DNA of 64,000 bases, taken from the NCBI GenBank assembly GCA_963716625.1, contig CAVQTP010000008.1:73812-137811 (forward strand). The letters run 5' to 3'. The stretch comes from an uncultured Flavobacteriaceae bacterium. GTDB taxonomy: Bacteria > Bacteroidota > Bacteroidia > Flavobacteriales > Flavobacteriaceae. The notes under the pieces were generated by a model. It was not told the DNA's origin. It ran no database searches and was given only the letters and a program-made list of their open reading frames with translations. Position 1 is the stretch's first letter. Each line of letters starts with the position of its first letter. Made by a program: the position numbers and the translations under genes. Positions 40,506 through 50,331 of the stretch are shown piece after piece.

Positions 40506-41846
40506 TTATAAAAGCCCCCTAGCCTTAACTTCTAGATATTTATTGATGGTATTTATCGTAAGATCTTCTGGTTTTGTAAGTATGGTTTGTATGCCATTTT
40601 TTTCTAGTGTTGCTACCATTACTTTTTTATCATAATTAGATTTTTGTGCAATAGTTTTATGATATACTTCAGGAAGTGTACTTGCCTTTTTATCTATGAG
40701 GCTTTCAAGTTCTGTATTTTGAAAAAAGATTACCACGAGTACATGCTTTCGCGAAAGCGCTTTTAAATAAGGAAGTTGCCTTTCTAGCGCAGATATATGT
40801 TCAAAATTAGTGTATAAAAGCAATAGACTACGCTGGGTAATTTTTCGTTTTACTTGGTTATACAATAGACCAAAATCACTATCTAAAAACTGTGTATTAA
40901 TGTTATATAAAACCTCAAGAATGGTTTGTAAATGTGTTTTTTTACTACTCGCCGGTAGATGATTGAGTATGGTATTTGCAAAGGTGAGCATCCCAACCTT
41001 ATCCTTTTTTTTGAGGGCAATATTGGAAAAAGCCAGCGTGCTATTTATGGCATAATCTAGCAGTGATAGCCCTTTAAACGGCATTTTCATCACTCGACTA
41101 GCATCTATTAGTGCATACACAGGTTGGGACTTTTCATCTTGGAATTGATTTACCATCAAGCTAGCCCGCTTTGCAGTTGCTTTCCAGTTTATAGTACGAG
41201 CATCATCTCCTATCACATAATCTTTGATCTGCTCAAACTCCATCGTATGACCAATACGCCGTATTTTTTTCATGCCCTGTAAGGTGAGTCTATTATCAAG
41301 CGCTAGAAAAGCATACCTTTTCATCTGTATGAATGATGGATACACTTTTACCATTTGATCTTTTTCAAAACGATAGCGTCTTTTTACCAGTGCAATCTTG
41401 GTATTGACATACAGATTGAGATGCCCAAAGGTATATTCACCACGCTCCCTAGGTCTCAAGTAATAAGAAAAATTTTTAGAATCTTTTGCCTCAATATGTA
41501 GCACTTTTGAGAAATCTCGCTTTTGAAATTGTACGGGAATTTCATCAATAATAGCTACTTTAATTTTAAACGGATATTTATTTTCAATCTGAATAATTAA
41601 TTCATTTGCATCACTATTAGAAAACTTCTCTGGCAATGTACGTACTGCTTTAATTTTTCCGCTTGCGCGAAAAAGTACTAAGGCATCAACGAAAATGAGC
41701 ACTACAAAAGCAAGGAGTATTACATTGGTGATGGCGAATAAACTATTAAAGAAATAAGAAAGTATATAGCATACGCCAATGATACCCAAGCAATAAAATA
41801 ATCGCTCATGCACAAAAAAGCCCTTAATGAATCTAATTATAGCCAA
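40506..41846 (-). CDS. DUF58 (vWA-related) membrane protein
   Basis: RGEY.FG, EFEQIKDY..GDD.R.INWKATA, vWA-like IDASR.M. Confidence 0.9.
   Translation of the reverse strand: MAIIRFIKGFFVHERLFYCLGIIGVCYILSYFFNSLFAITNVILLAFVVLIFVDALVLFRASGKIKAVRTLPEKFSNSDANELIIQIENKYPFKIKVAIIDEIPVQFQKRDFSKVLHIEAKDSKNFSYYLRPRERGEYTFGHLNLYVNTKIALVKRRYRFEKDQMVKVYPSFIQMKRYAFLALDNRLTLQGMKKIRRIGHTMEFEQIKDYVIGDDARTINWKATAKRASLMVNQFQDEKSQPVYALIDASRVMKMPFKGLSLLDYAINSTLAFSNIALKKKDKVGMLTFANTILNHLPASSKKTHLQTILEVLYNINTQFLDSDFGLLYNQVKRKITQRSLLLLYTNFEHISALERQLPYLKALSRKHVLVVIFFQNTELESLIDKKASTLPEVYHKTIAQKSNYDKKVMVATLEKNGIQTILTKPEDLTINTINKYLEVKARGLL
40745..40759. repeat. Iterated palindrome 15/16 in coding sequence
   Basis: GCTTTCGCGAAAGCG; read as A-LSRK-H on the minus strand. 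Confidence 0.9.
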
Positions 41847-41849
41847 TGT

Positions 41850-42920
41850 TTATCTTGGAATTTCAACAGATTGTACGATCATATCTATTACCTGCTCTGT
41901 AGTCATTCCCTCCATCTCGCGCTCCGGAGAAAGTATAAGACGATGACACAATACAGGTGTGACGGCTCTTTTGACATCTTCTGGAATAACAAAATCTCTA
42001 CCCGCTATCGCAGCAAATGCTTTTGAAGCATTCATAATTGCTAAGGAAGCACGAGGAGAACCTCCTAGATACAAATGAGGATGCGTTCGAGTTCTTACTA
42101 CAATCTCTGCTACATAATTTAACACTTTCTCTTCAATAAGCACTTCTTGTGTTTGCTGTCTAAAGTTTGCTAATTTTTTTGGATCGAGTACTGCTGTAAC
42201 TATATCTTGAGCGGTGTTTCCTTTACGATCGTGATGCGTCTGGAGTATAGAAATTTCTTCTTCTAAGGACGGATAATCAACTTTAATTTTAAATAAAAAT
42301 CGATCTAGTTGGGCTTCTGGTAAAGAATACGTGCCTTCTTGTTCAACAGGGTTTTGAGTTGCCAGCACCATAAATGGTGGCTCCATTTTATATTTTGTAC
42401 CATCTATGGTAATTTGTCTTTCTTCCATCACCTCAAAAAGAGCCGCTTGTGTTTTTGCAGGGGCGCGATTTATTTCATCTATAAGTACGATATTTGAAAA
42501 AATAGGTCCTTTTTTAAACTCAAACTCACTAGTTTTCATATTTAGTATAGATGTACCCAATACATCACTAGGCATTAGGTCTGGCGTAAATTGTAATCTC
42601 CCAAATCCGGTAGCCAGGGTTTTTGCAAATAATTTTGCGGTTACTGTTTTTGCAATACCAGGAACTCCTTCAATGAGTACATGACCGTCAGATAATAATG
42701 CCACAATCAATAACTCTATAAACTCTTTCTGGCCTATAATAAACTTACCTAGCTCTTCTCTTATCGCATTTGCAGTTATACGCAATTCCTCAAGGGGGAT
42801 TCTATTTTGAAAAGAAAGATTTTTATCATCTTTATCCACATCTTTCATAGGGGGAGGGACATTTGTCATTCCACCTAATTTTGAGTTCTGATCTGGGTTC
42901 TGAGGTATATTTTCGTCCAT
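41850..42920 (-). CDS. MoxR family AAA+ ATPase
   Basis: GHVLIEGVPGIAKT, QFTPDLMPSD, DEINRAPAKTQ, ATQNP.EQEGTY.LPEAQLDRF. Confidence 0.95.
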   Translation of the reverse strand: MDENIPQNPDQNSKLGGMTNVPPPMKDVDKDDKNLSFQNRIPLEELRITANAIREELGKFIIGQKEFIELLIVALLSDGHVLIEGVPGIAKTVTAKLFAKTLATGFGRLQFTPDLMPSDVLGTSILNMKTSEFEFKKGPIFSNIVLIDEINRAPAKTQAALFEVMEERQITIDGTKYKMEPPFMVLATQNPVEQEGTYSLPEAQLDRFLFKIKVDYPSLEEEISILQTHHDRKGNTAQDIVTAVLDPKKLANFRQQTQEVLIEEKVLNYVAEIVVRTRTHPHLYLGGSPRASLAIMNASKAFAAIAGRDFVIPEDVKRAVTPVLCHRLILSPEREMEGMTTEQVIDMIVQSVEIPR

Positions 42921-44137
42921 TAGTTCAAATTTTTAAAATCTTCAATTCGTGTATTAAGTTGTAGTAGTTCCTCTTGACTTACTGTTTTTTTGTCACGCAA
43001 AGCAACAATAGAATTAATAAGCAATCTAGTATCCTCCATAGTATTCTCACTTTTTGCAGCTAAGTTTAAAATAAATTCCTCATTTATTTTTGCAGTATGA
43101 AGCGCATACGTACTTCGTATGTATTCTAGAAAATGATTTATTTGATGGGACACAACGCTTCTATGATCTTGTCTGTCAAGATACATTCCCGCAATGGTTT
43201 TTGTAAATGCTAAGGTTTGATTAGGCAGAGGATCAATAACGGGTATGGCTCGTTGTTTCCTACGGCCTTCAAAAATGACCCAAATCAATGTTCCAATGAG
43301 AAGCATATAATAGGCCCAGCGCAAGTAGCGATTATTTAAAAATACGTAAAGCGGACTTATGTATTGTGTTTTTCCATTTTTATAATGATTATCCCAAAAG
43401 ATGGTTTGATTTTTAGGTAAATAAGATAAGGCGTCTTGTGTGTAGGTGTAATTATTCTCGCGTAGCATAAAATAGTTTGTGAAGGTGCTAGGCATTAGGT
43501 GAATGAAAATCGCTCCCTTACCAAAAGATTGTTTTATAAAATTTACTTCTGGGTAGTGTACAGCAACCGTATCATTATCTTTAGAAAAACTAAACTCCCC
43601 TAGTACCTTAGTCTCTAAGGTGTCAACCTCAGTAAAATAGCCAGAGAGTGTTTCTATATCTAAGTAGTACGGAGGAGAACGCTCGAGCTGGGGATTCACA
43701 AGATTTACTAAAGGTTTTCGCTCAAAGTTATTGTAGTCATAAAATACTTCTGTTTCTAAGTGTAAAGTATCAAGAATTGTGCTCCCTATTCCTCTAGCTG
43801 CAATAAAGAGGTTATTACCCTCTGACACCCAGCTGAGCAACTTTTTAGCTTCGGCTTCATCAAAATTGATATACTCATTTACAAAAAAATATGTTCCCCG
43901 TTGATCACTGCTATCTGATAGAAACTCATAAGGGGGGAGACGCACTTCTTTCATATGAGAAACACCACGACTTTCTTTCAAGGTTTCATACAATACAAAT
44001 GTGCCAAATGGTATTTTATCTGATTTAGAATAGCTTGAATACCAGTTTATGGGTTCTTTTTTACCAGACTCCATATATATGATGAGCGCAATGGATAATA
44101 ACAAGAACCCAGCAATTACCTTAAATTTAGAACTCAT
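42920..44137 (-). CDS. DUF4350 domain membrane protein
   Basis: N-terminal TM, DKIPFGT, WV..GN.LFIA, C-terminal TM plus RRKQRAIP; position in the MoxR cluster. Confidence 0.75.
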   Translation of the reverse strand: MSSKFKVIAGFLLLSIALIIYMESGKKEPINWYSSYSKSDKIPFGTFVLYETLKESRGVSHMKEVRLPPYEFLSDSSDQRGTYFFVNEYINFDEAEAKKLLSWVSEGNNLFIAARGIGSTILDTLHLETEVFYDYNNFERKPLVNLVNPQLERSPPYYLDIETLSGYFTEVDTLETKVLGEFSFSKDNDTVAVHYPEVNFIKQSFGKGAIFIHLMPSTFTNYFMLRENNYTYTQDALSYLPKNQTIFWDNHYKNGKTQYISPLYVFLNNRYLRWAYYMLLIGTLIWVIFEGRRKQRAIPVIDPLPNQTLAFTKTIAGMYLDRQDHRSVVSHQINHFLEYIRSTYALHTAKINEEFILNLAAKSENTMEDTRLLINSIVALRDKKTVSQEELLQLNTRIEDFKNLN

Positions 44138-44931
44138 ATTGAATTGTTTAAGGTTTTAAATGCCAATTCCGCTTTCGCGAAAGCGGTCACATCTACTTCA
44201 AAATTTCCGTACCAAATGTAGTCGTATAGAGCGGTTACTTTACTAAATTGTGTTTGTGTCGTAAGATTCTTGATCTCATTGATGTAGTCATGGTTTGTCT
44301 TTTGCACTTCCCAGTGAATAAGATCTTTACTACTCATTTTTTGAAGCACTAAAAGATAGTAGTAACGTACGGCAATACGATAGTTTTCATTACTTATAGC
44401 AGTATCTAGAAGTTGCTGTAAGTCTGGTCTCTGAATTAATGCTTCGTCATCAGAAAGAAATGTTTCTGGAGCCTTAATTTTTTCCATGAGTAGATTACCG
44501 CTGTCCATTTTAAAAAACAGCCAAACAATGAGTGCCACGACTCCCGCTACTAGGAGATATGGCAACAACTTTACTAGAATTGCCCAGATGCCCACAGCCT
44601 CATCTCCGTCTAGTAGCCAGTGGATAAAGCTGTGGTAAAGATCTGTTAATTTCTGCTTGAGACGTGTCCACCAATTATCATCAGGTAAAGCTTCTTTGTA
44701 ATTAAAATCTTCGGCAGCTTGATAGGCTTCAATACTATTTTGGTCAAGAGGCACCTTAGTAATTTCACTGTCGTCGTACTTCAAAAATTGGCGTGGATTT
44801 TTATACGCTTTACTTAAAGTGTCCTTCTCAGAAATAACTCGCGCTATACTATCTGTATTTTGAGGCGCCGTGCTTCCTTTCGCGTAAAGCGTATTAATAA
44901 AGAGGAGTACGACGAAAAGGATTTTACACAT
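44134..44931 (-). CDS. DUF4129 domain membrane protein
   Basis: YRIAVRYYYL, KTNHDY, YDYIWYG. Confidence 0.8.
   Translation of the reverse strand: MCKILFVVLLFINTLYAKGSTAPQNTDSIARVISEKDTLSKAYKNPRQFLKYDDSEITKVPLDQNSIEAYQAAEDFNYKEALPDDNWWTRLKQKLTDLYHSFIHWLLDGDEAVGIWAILVKLLPYLLVAGVVALIVWLFFKMDSGNLLMEKIKAPETFLSDDEALIQRPDLQQLLDTAISNENYRIAVRYYYLLVLQKMSSKDLIHWEVQKTNHDYINEIKNLTTQTQFSKVTALYDYIWYGNFEVDVTAFAKAELAFKTLNNSI
44169..44186. repeat. Iterated palindrome extended to 18 bp in coding sequence
   Basis: CCGCTTTCGCGAAAGCGG, read as T-AFAKA-E. Confidence 0.95.
44877..44891. repeat. Degenerate palindrome copy with a 1-nt insertion, at the DUF4129 signal-peptide end
   Basis: CTTTCGCG-T-AAAGCG; minus strand reads TLYAKG. 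Confidence 0.5.
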
Positions 44932-45865
44932 TTTCGTTTCCGATCTGGTCTATTTGATCAAGACTACCTGACTGATTTTTACGCTCATTCAGATTGAAAT
45001 AAATAAAATTGATACAAATAGCTAGAATGACATATAAAATATAGTTTACGGATGACGATATGATTTGCAAGACAAGATATACACCATCAAAAAGCTCTTT
45101 TGGGTTGCTCATACTTCCAGATTGTACGGATGTAAATGTTTTAATAAATGTGTAGATAGCCACTGGTATCTGAAATACAAACCCTATTATCCCTATTAAA
45201 ATAGCTATAATAAAGATTGTAAAGAAAGTCATCCACCACTCTCCTTTAACAAGTTCACCACTTTGAGCAAACGTTTCTGTCACAGAGGTTTTTTGATTAG
45301 TGAAAGTTGGATATATCACACTAAATTTCACATATAAATAAAGCACTGGGAAAAAAGAAATAATGACGAGAACAATTCCCAAGAATTTAGTTCCAGAAGC
45401 AAATAAATAACTCCCTAGCGCAGCCGGGATAATAAATGCAGCAATAAAAATAAGTAGGTTTAAGAATCCGAGCCCTATGAATGAACCTGTCTTTTTCTTC
45501 ACTTCATTGACCACTGTAACTCTTTCTGGTTTTTCTCCAGTAGTAATATATTCCTTTATATACTCTGACACGCTTCCATAGAGCATTGCGTTATACACAA
45601 TTCCCGTAATACCAAGGGCAATAATTGCTATCATTAAACTCCCAATGTCTAAACTATCATTTCCAGAAGAAAAGAAATCTACCCCAGTAGAGGTCTTAGT
45701 ATAAAATCCTACGGCAATTAGTAGAAGTATGAATGGTATGCTGCAGGTTCTTACAAGAACTTTCAATAAAGGTTTAAGATTGCGTCTCAAAAAAACAAAA
45801 GTGTCACTAACAATTTGTCCTAATTCACGCTGTTTTTGGAAAATGATATAATTTGTGTTCTTCAT
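44924..45865 (-). CDS. Multi-pass membrane protein of the MoxR/SpoIIM cluster
   Basis: RELGQIVSDTF.F.R.N; about 6 TMs; LVKGEWW.TF; YFNLNE.K. Confidence 0.75.
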   Translation of the reverse strand: MKNTNYIIFQKQRELGQIVSDTFVFLRRNLKPLLKVLVRTCSIPFILLLIAVGFYTKTSTGVDFFSSGNDSLDIGSLMIAIIALGITGIVYNAMLYGSVSEYIKEYITTGEKPERVTVVNEVKKKTGSFIGLGFLNLLIFIAAFIIPAALGSYLFASGTKFLGIVLVIISFFPVLYLYVKFSVIYPTFTNQKTSVTETFAQSGELVKGEWWMTFFTIFIIAILIGIIGFVFQIPVAIYTFIKTFTSVQSGSMSNPKELFDGVYLVLQIISSSVNYILYVILAICINFIYFNLNERKNQSGSLDQIDQIGNENV

Positions 45866-46860
45866 TAGTATAATTCTTCTATAGTTGGAATAAGTGCAAG
45901 TCTATCTAATTGTTCTTTATTTTTCTTAATGGGATAGTATACATAATAAAATAAAATGAGTGTGAGTGAGCTACCTATAATTAGTAATGCGAGCCAGTCT
46001 GGCATTTCTGTATGTCTAGTCACAAAGCCTTCTAAGAACCCCGCAATAATAAATAAAGGAACAGTGCTTACAACAATTTTAAGTCCGTTTTTCATACCTC
46101 TTTTGAAGGATTCTAATCGAGTGAAAGTACCAGGTAAAAGAATAGAGTTGCCGAGAACCATTCCCGCACATCCAGCAATAATTATAACTGAAATTTCAAT
46201 AGTACCGTGTATCCATATGGTACGTACTGACTCCCATCCTACACCTTGATCGAAGAAAAAGTACTGAAAACTACCTAACATGACCGCGTTTGTCATGATA
46301 ATGTAAAGGGAACCAATGGTAAGTAGCATCCCATATACAAAAGCAAAAAAAGCAACTTTAATATTATTAATGGTGATGCCTAAAAACATATTGAGTTCAC
46401 CTTGCTTTTTATATACTCCCATGGGGTCTCCTTTTTCAATATTATCAAGTGTCATATTTACATAACCATCGCCCATAATAGCTCTTACAAATGTACCATC
46501 GTTTGCAGCGCTATAAGCACCTATAAGACTAAATAGCAAAAACGTCAAAAAAGCTATCAAGAGTTGTTTTTGATAACGATACATAATAAGCGGAAATTCC
46601 TCCGTAAAAAACGTTATAAATCTTTTACTTGACTCTCTCTTGGTTTTGTAAATTATTAAGTGTGATTGAGATGCAAGATAGTTTAGATATTCTAATGTTT
46701 TAGATTCAGGAAAAAATGTCTGTGCGTAGCTTAGGTGATCTGTCACCTCCATGTATAAATTAGATAACTCATCTGGGCGCATTTGATCTTTGTTGATCAA
46801 AACACTTTCAAAAGTTAACCATTTATCCTTATTTTGCTTCACAAAAGCCGCTTCGCGCAT
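45865..46860 (-). CDS. Stage II sporulation protein M (SpoIIM/DUF95) family membrane protein
   Basis: MREAAFVKQN..KW, NNIKVAF, IWIHGTIEI, AGFLEGFVT. Confidence 0.9.
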   Translation of the reverse strand: MREAAFVKQNKDKWLTFESVLINKDQMRPDELSNLYMEVTDHLSYAQTFFPESKTLEYLNYLASQSHLIIYKTKRESSKRFITFFTEEFPLIMYRYQKQLLIAFLTFLLFSLIGAYSAANDGTFVRAIMGDGYVNMTLDNIEKGDPMGVYKKQGELNMFLGITINNIKVAFFAFVYGMLLTIGSLYIIMTNAVMLGSFQYFFFDQGVGWESVRTIWIHGTIEISVIIIAGCAGMVLGNSILLPGTFTRLESFKRGMKNGLKIVVSTVPLFIIAGFLEGFVTRHTEMPDWLALLIIGSSLTLILFYYVYYPIKKNKEQLDRLALIPTIEELY

Positions 46861-46894
46861 TCTTCTAAATTCTAGAGGTAAAGAAAAAGAATAT

Positions 46895-47617
46895 ATGGAT
46901 AACTTTCAAATAGAAACCGCTCAAAATGTTAGTATTTATCAGAATGTCTCTGGTATAGGTGAACGTATCGTCGCATTCATCATAGACGGTATTATTTTAA
47001 TTGCTTACTGGATTTTGTCTTTAATTTTATTAACTCAGTTTGGCTTAGAAAGTCAAGATTTTAGAGATATTTGGGTATTTTATTTAATTATAGGTCTGCC
47101 GATATTCTTGTATTATTTGCTTTTTGAAACTTTCTGGGACGGAAAAACGCCTGGAAAGGCTGCGATGAAACTAAAGGTTGTAAAATTAGATGGTTCAAAG
47201 CCAGGTTTCGGGAGTTTTTTTGTGCGATGGATTATGCGCATTATTGATATATCAATTACCTCTGGAGGAATAGCTGTTGTAAGCATACTTATGACGGAAA
47301 AAGGACAACGTTTAGGAGATATGGCGGCTGGTACAACAGTTATTACAGAGCGAAAGCGTGTAAAACTATCAGATAATTTAATGGTAGAGATTCCTGATAA
47401 CTACCAGCCATCTTACCCACAAGTGACTGTTTTTAATGATAAGGATGTTCAATTAATTAAGATGCTCTTTGTTGATGCGAGAAGAAATGGAAATCACAAT
47501 GTAATTGTAAAACTATCAGATAGACTTAAATCAAAAATGAAAGTGATTCCAGAAGAAAATAATATCGCTTTTGTAGAACGTGTATTGTCAGATTATAATT
47601 ATTATACACAGAAGTAA
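46895..47617 (+). CDS. RDD family protein
   Basis: IETAQNV, GERIVAFIID, GKTPGK, QRLGDMAAGT; probable start ATG 46895, only 34 nt from the divergent SpoIIM ATG. Confidence 0.9.
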   Translation: MDNFQIETAQNVSIYQNVSGIGERIVAFIIDGIILIAYWILSLILLTQFGLESQDFRDIWVFYLIIGLPIFLYYLLFETFWDGKTPGKAAMKLKVVKLDGSKPGFGSFFVRWIMRIIDISITSGGIAVVSILMTEKGQRLGDMAAGTTVITERKRVKLSDNLMVEIPDNYQPSYPQVTVFNDKDVQLIKMLFVDARRNGNHNVIVKLSDRLKSKMKVIPEENNIAFVERVLSDYNYYTQK

Positions 47618-48228
47618 TGGATATTAGTTCAATAATAGACATTCTTGGAACGGTTTCATTTGCAATTTCTGGTGCCCTTACCGCTATGCGAAAAAAACTG
47701 GATGTTTTTGGAATTTTAATAATAGCTTTAGTTACCTCTGTAGGAGGGGGCACGCTGCGAGACATACTGATAGGTAAAACACCCGTGAGCTGGATGCTTA
47801 ATATGACTTTTGTTTATGTAATATTTGCAGCTACGGTCATTGCGATCATATTTAGAAGGTATCTAAAATATGTACGTAGATCTTTATTCTTATTTGATAC
47901 TATAGGTATTGCATTATATACTATGGCAGGAGTTCAGATTGCAACTGCTGCTGGGTTATCCCCTGTGATTTGTGTCATTATTGGTACAATATCAGCATGT
48001 TTCGGAGGGGTTATACGCGATATATTATGTAATGAAATCCCAATAATTTTCCATAAAGAGATTTATGCAACAACCTGTATTTTAGGGGCAAGTATATACT
48101 TAATGCTTATCAATTATGGTTTACACACTACATGGTCAATGGTCATTGCAGGTAGTATTATCATCACATTAAGAACTTTAGCAGTAGTGAAGGAGTGGAG
48201 TCTTCCTTCGGTGTATAAAAAGGCTTAA
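47617..48228 (+). CDS. Trimeric intracellular cation channel / UPF0126 family protein
   Basis: FAISGA, DVFG, GGGTLRD, FGGVIRDIL, EIYAT. Confidence 0.9.
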   Translation: MDISSIIDILGTVSFAISGALTAMRKKLDVFGILIIALVTSVGGGTLRDILIGKTPVSWMLNMTFVYVIFAATVIAIIFRRYLKYVRRSLFLFDTIGIALYTMAGVQIATAAGLSPVICVIIGTISACFGGVIRDILCNEIPIIFHKEIYATTCILGASIYLMLINYGLHTTWSMVIAGSIIITLRTLAVVKEWSLPSVYKKA

Positions 48229-48232
48229 AAAA

Positions 48233-48266
48233 TAAAAAGGTTTTCATTTAAATGAAAACCTTTTTA
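48233..48266. terminator. Terminator (34-bp perfect inverted repeat)
   Basis: TAAAAAGGTTTTCATTT-AAATGAAAACCTTTTTA, immediately after the stop codon. Confidence 0.8.
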
Positions 48267-48441
48267 GATATAATAGTTTCTAAGTATAAATTTTTAAAAT
48301 TTTAAAGGCTAATTCAAATTATTAATGATAGTCTACTAGAAACAAAGATATATTACAATATAGTAACTTTTTGTCTTAAAATATTACATATTTATATAAA
48401 GATTAACTATTTTATAATAAATTACATATATATAAATTATT

Positions 48442-48472
48442 AAATCCCGAGACTCGAGTTCTCGGGATTTTT
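48442..48472 (+). terminator. Orphan terminator-like hairpin
   Basis: AAATCCCGAGA-ctcgagt-TCTCGGGATTTTT with no ORF directly upstream. Confidence 0.6.
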
Positions 48473-48618
48473 ATTGCTAGTCATAGTTTATAACACTAAC
48501 CATCAAAGTGTCCCGTTTTAATAGGACTAAAACTCTGACTAACAAATAAGTTAACTTACAGTATAGACTACTATTTTTACTAATAGTTACATAACAATTA
48601 AATCTTTAACTTTATCTT

Positions 48619-49002
48619 ATGTTAAGAGCAACTTTAGTTATTGGAGCGTCGCTAAAACCTAATCGCTATTCTCATAGAGCGATTATCCGGTTAAATGCAC
48701 AAAATCATCCTGTTACAGCCATTGGGCTGAGGAGAGGTTTTGTTGGTGATGTAGAGATTATTGATTTTGAGACTGCCATCAATTCACATCTTTTCATGGA
48801 TCATCAAATTAATACAATCACATTATACCTCAATGCAATGCGTCAAGAAGCCTACTACGACTATATCGTAAAGCTTCATCCAAAGAGAGTGATATTTAAT
48901 CCAGGTACAGAAAATCCTATATTTTATGAAATTTTAAAAAATAAAGGAATAGAAGTAGAAGTTGCGTGTACTTTAGTTTTGCTAGCCACTAATAATTATT
49001 GA
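48619..49002 (+). CDS. CoA-binding protein (YccU-like)
   Basis: TLVIGAS.KP.RYS, TITLY, RVIFNPGTEN, ACTLV. Confidence 0.9.
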   Translation: MLRATLVIGASLKPNRYSHRAIIRLNAQNHPVTAIGLRRGFVGDVEIIDFETAINSHLFMDHQINTITLYLNAMRQEAYYDYIVKLHPKRVIFNPGTENPIFYEILKNKGIEVEVACTLVLLATNNY

Positions 49003-49160
49003 TTCGGATTATATTAAAATTTGATTTCGTTAGGAATAGTTATTGAGATAGTAGCTGCTATATGCGAGGATAGTAATTTGATTATAAAGCATAGTCTAGA
49101 CAATTGTATTATTTAATGATTGTCCCAATTAAGAAACCTATGAGTTTTTTTAAATCATTA

Positions 49161-49182
49161 ATATGCTTTCGCGAAAGCATAT
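49161..49182. repeat. Variant palindrome with symmetric flank changes (22-bp perfect palindrome)
   Basis: ATATGCTTTCGCGAAAGCATAT. Confidence 0.93.
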
Positions 49183-49219
49183 ACTTTCTCTTAAAAGATG
49201 CGTATTTTATAATGGTTAT

Positions 49220-49796
49220 ATGCAGAAGATCCCCAAAAGAAAAAACTGGAAGAATATATTATTTATAATCTTAATTGTGGTAGTGCTTTTACCACAAACC
49301 CGTACCCCTATTCAGGTTGGATTAAACCGAATAAAAGCTGTAATTTTTTCTCCATCCAAAATTGATAAAGCAAATCAGCAAAAAATTGATCCATTTACGT
49401 ATAAATTAAAATCAATAAAAGGCGATTCCTAAGGAGGTGTTAGTAGGAGAGGGGGAAGTTGTTTTTTTAAGCTATTGGGCAACGTGGTGTCCTCCATGTA
49501 TTGCAGAGCTACCCTCAATCGAGAAGTTGTATGCTGATTATCGATATAAAATTAAATTTATTTTGATTACAAACGAAGATCCTAAGGTTGTGCAAAAATT
49601 CTTAGCTAAAAAGAAATTTAATTTACCCGTATTTTTACCTCAAATGGAAACCCCTTCTGAATTATTTGAGCCAAGTATACCTACTAATTATATTATTGAT
49701 CAGAATGGAACTATTATACTAAAAGAAAAAGGCGCATCAAACTGGAATAGTATACAAGTGAGAGAAGCTATTGACAATTTGCTTATTACTATTTAA
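49220..49796 (+). pseudogene. TlpA-family thiol-disulfide reductase split by a +1 frameshift near 49424-49432
   Basis: The N-terminal TM anchor (..PQTRTPIQV..) ends at GAT TCC TAA. The +1 frame continues KEVLVGEGEVVFLSYWATWCPPCIAELP. Confidence 0.8.
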
Positions 49797-49797
49797 A

Positions 49798-50253
49798 TTA
49801 ATCTTCTACTCGCCAAAATATAAAGGAAATGTTTGATGAGTCTGAAGATATTCTTGCCGTAAGCACTTCATCAAAATAGGAATACTTAATTTTTTTTGGA
49901 AATTCATTTGTAGGATTTTCAGCAATAAATGAGTTAGTATGATGCTCTGTGACTTCAAAGATTGTAGGGGTTTCATGAGGTCCACTAATTTTCAATAACC
50001 AATTTTCACCTTCTTTTTTTAATATCATCTGCTCGCTAAAAGCAGTGTCATTGCCTACAAGTGTATACCCATGCCCTCTTAATTCTAACGTATTAATTGT
50101 TCTCCAGTGTTCCTTTGTGACTCTACCATCAGGTTGATTAGTTAGCTCCCAGTCACCTATAAGAAAATTGAAAGGAGTGATTGTTTTGGGTAGTTCTCTT
50201 TTACAGCTTAAAAAACTTAAGGTAAGAAGTAATAAAAACAGTGTAATTCTCAT
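49798..50253 (-). CDS. Lipoprotein, DUF6265-like
   Basis: Lipobox FLSC; FLIGDW, EHW, AENPTNEFPKKI.Y. Confidence 0.7.
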   Translation of the reverse strand: MRITLFLLLLTLSFLSCKRELPKTITPFNFLIGDWELTNQPDGRVTKEHWRTINTLELRGHGYTLVGNDTAFSEQMILKKEGENWLLKISGPHETPTIFEVTEHHTNSFIAENPTNEFPKKIKYSYFDEVLTARISSDSSNISFIFWRVED

Positions 50254-50331
50254 GATAGAATTTCGTTTAAGTAGAGTTGCTGGAAGTTCATAGACTAATT
50301 TGAAAATGAAGTACTGCTATAAAGAATCAAA

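Noticed and set aside
49163-49219. Track starts running through palindromes (49163 MLSRKH; also 57682 MIFTLSRKR and 6237 MYTLSRKR)
   Set aside because: Better starts lie downstream (49220, 57637) or the ORF is spurious, so these copies were counted as intergenic.
21646-49433. Both frameshifts fall at a CCTAAG hexamer
   Set aside because: CCTAAG also occurs in intact genes (e.g. 5342, 11312), and the two sites are in different reading phases. Probably coincidence.
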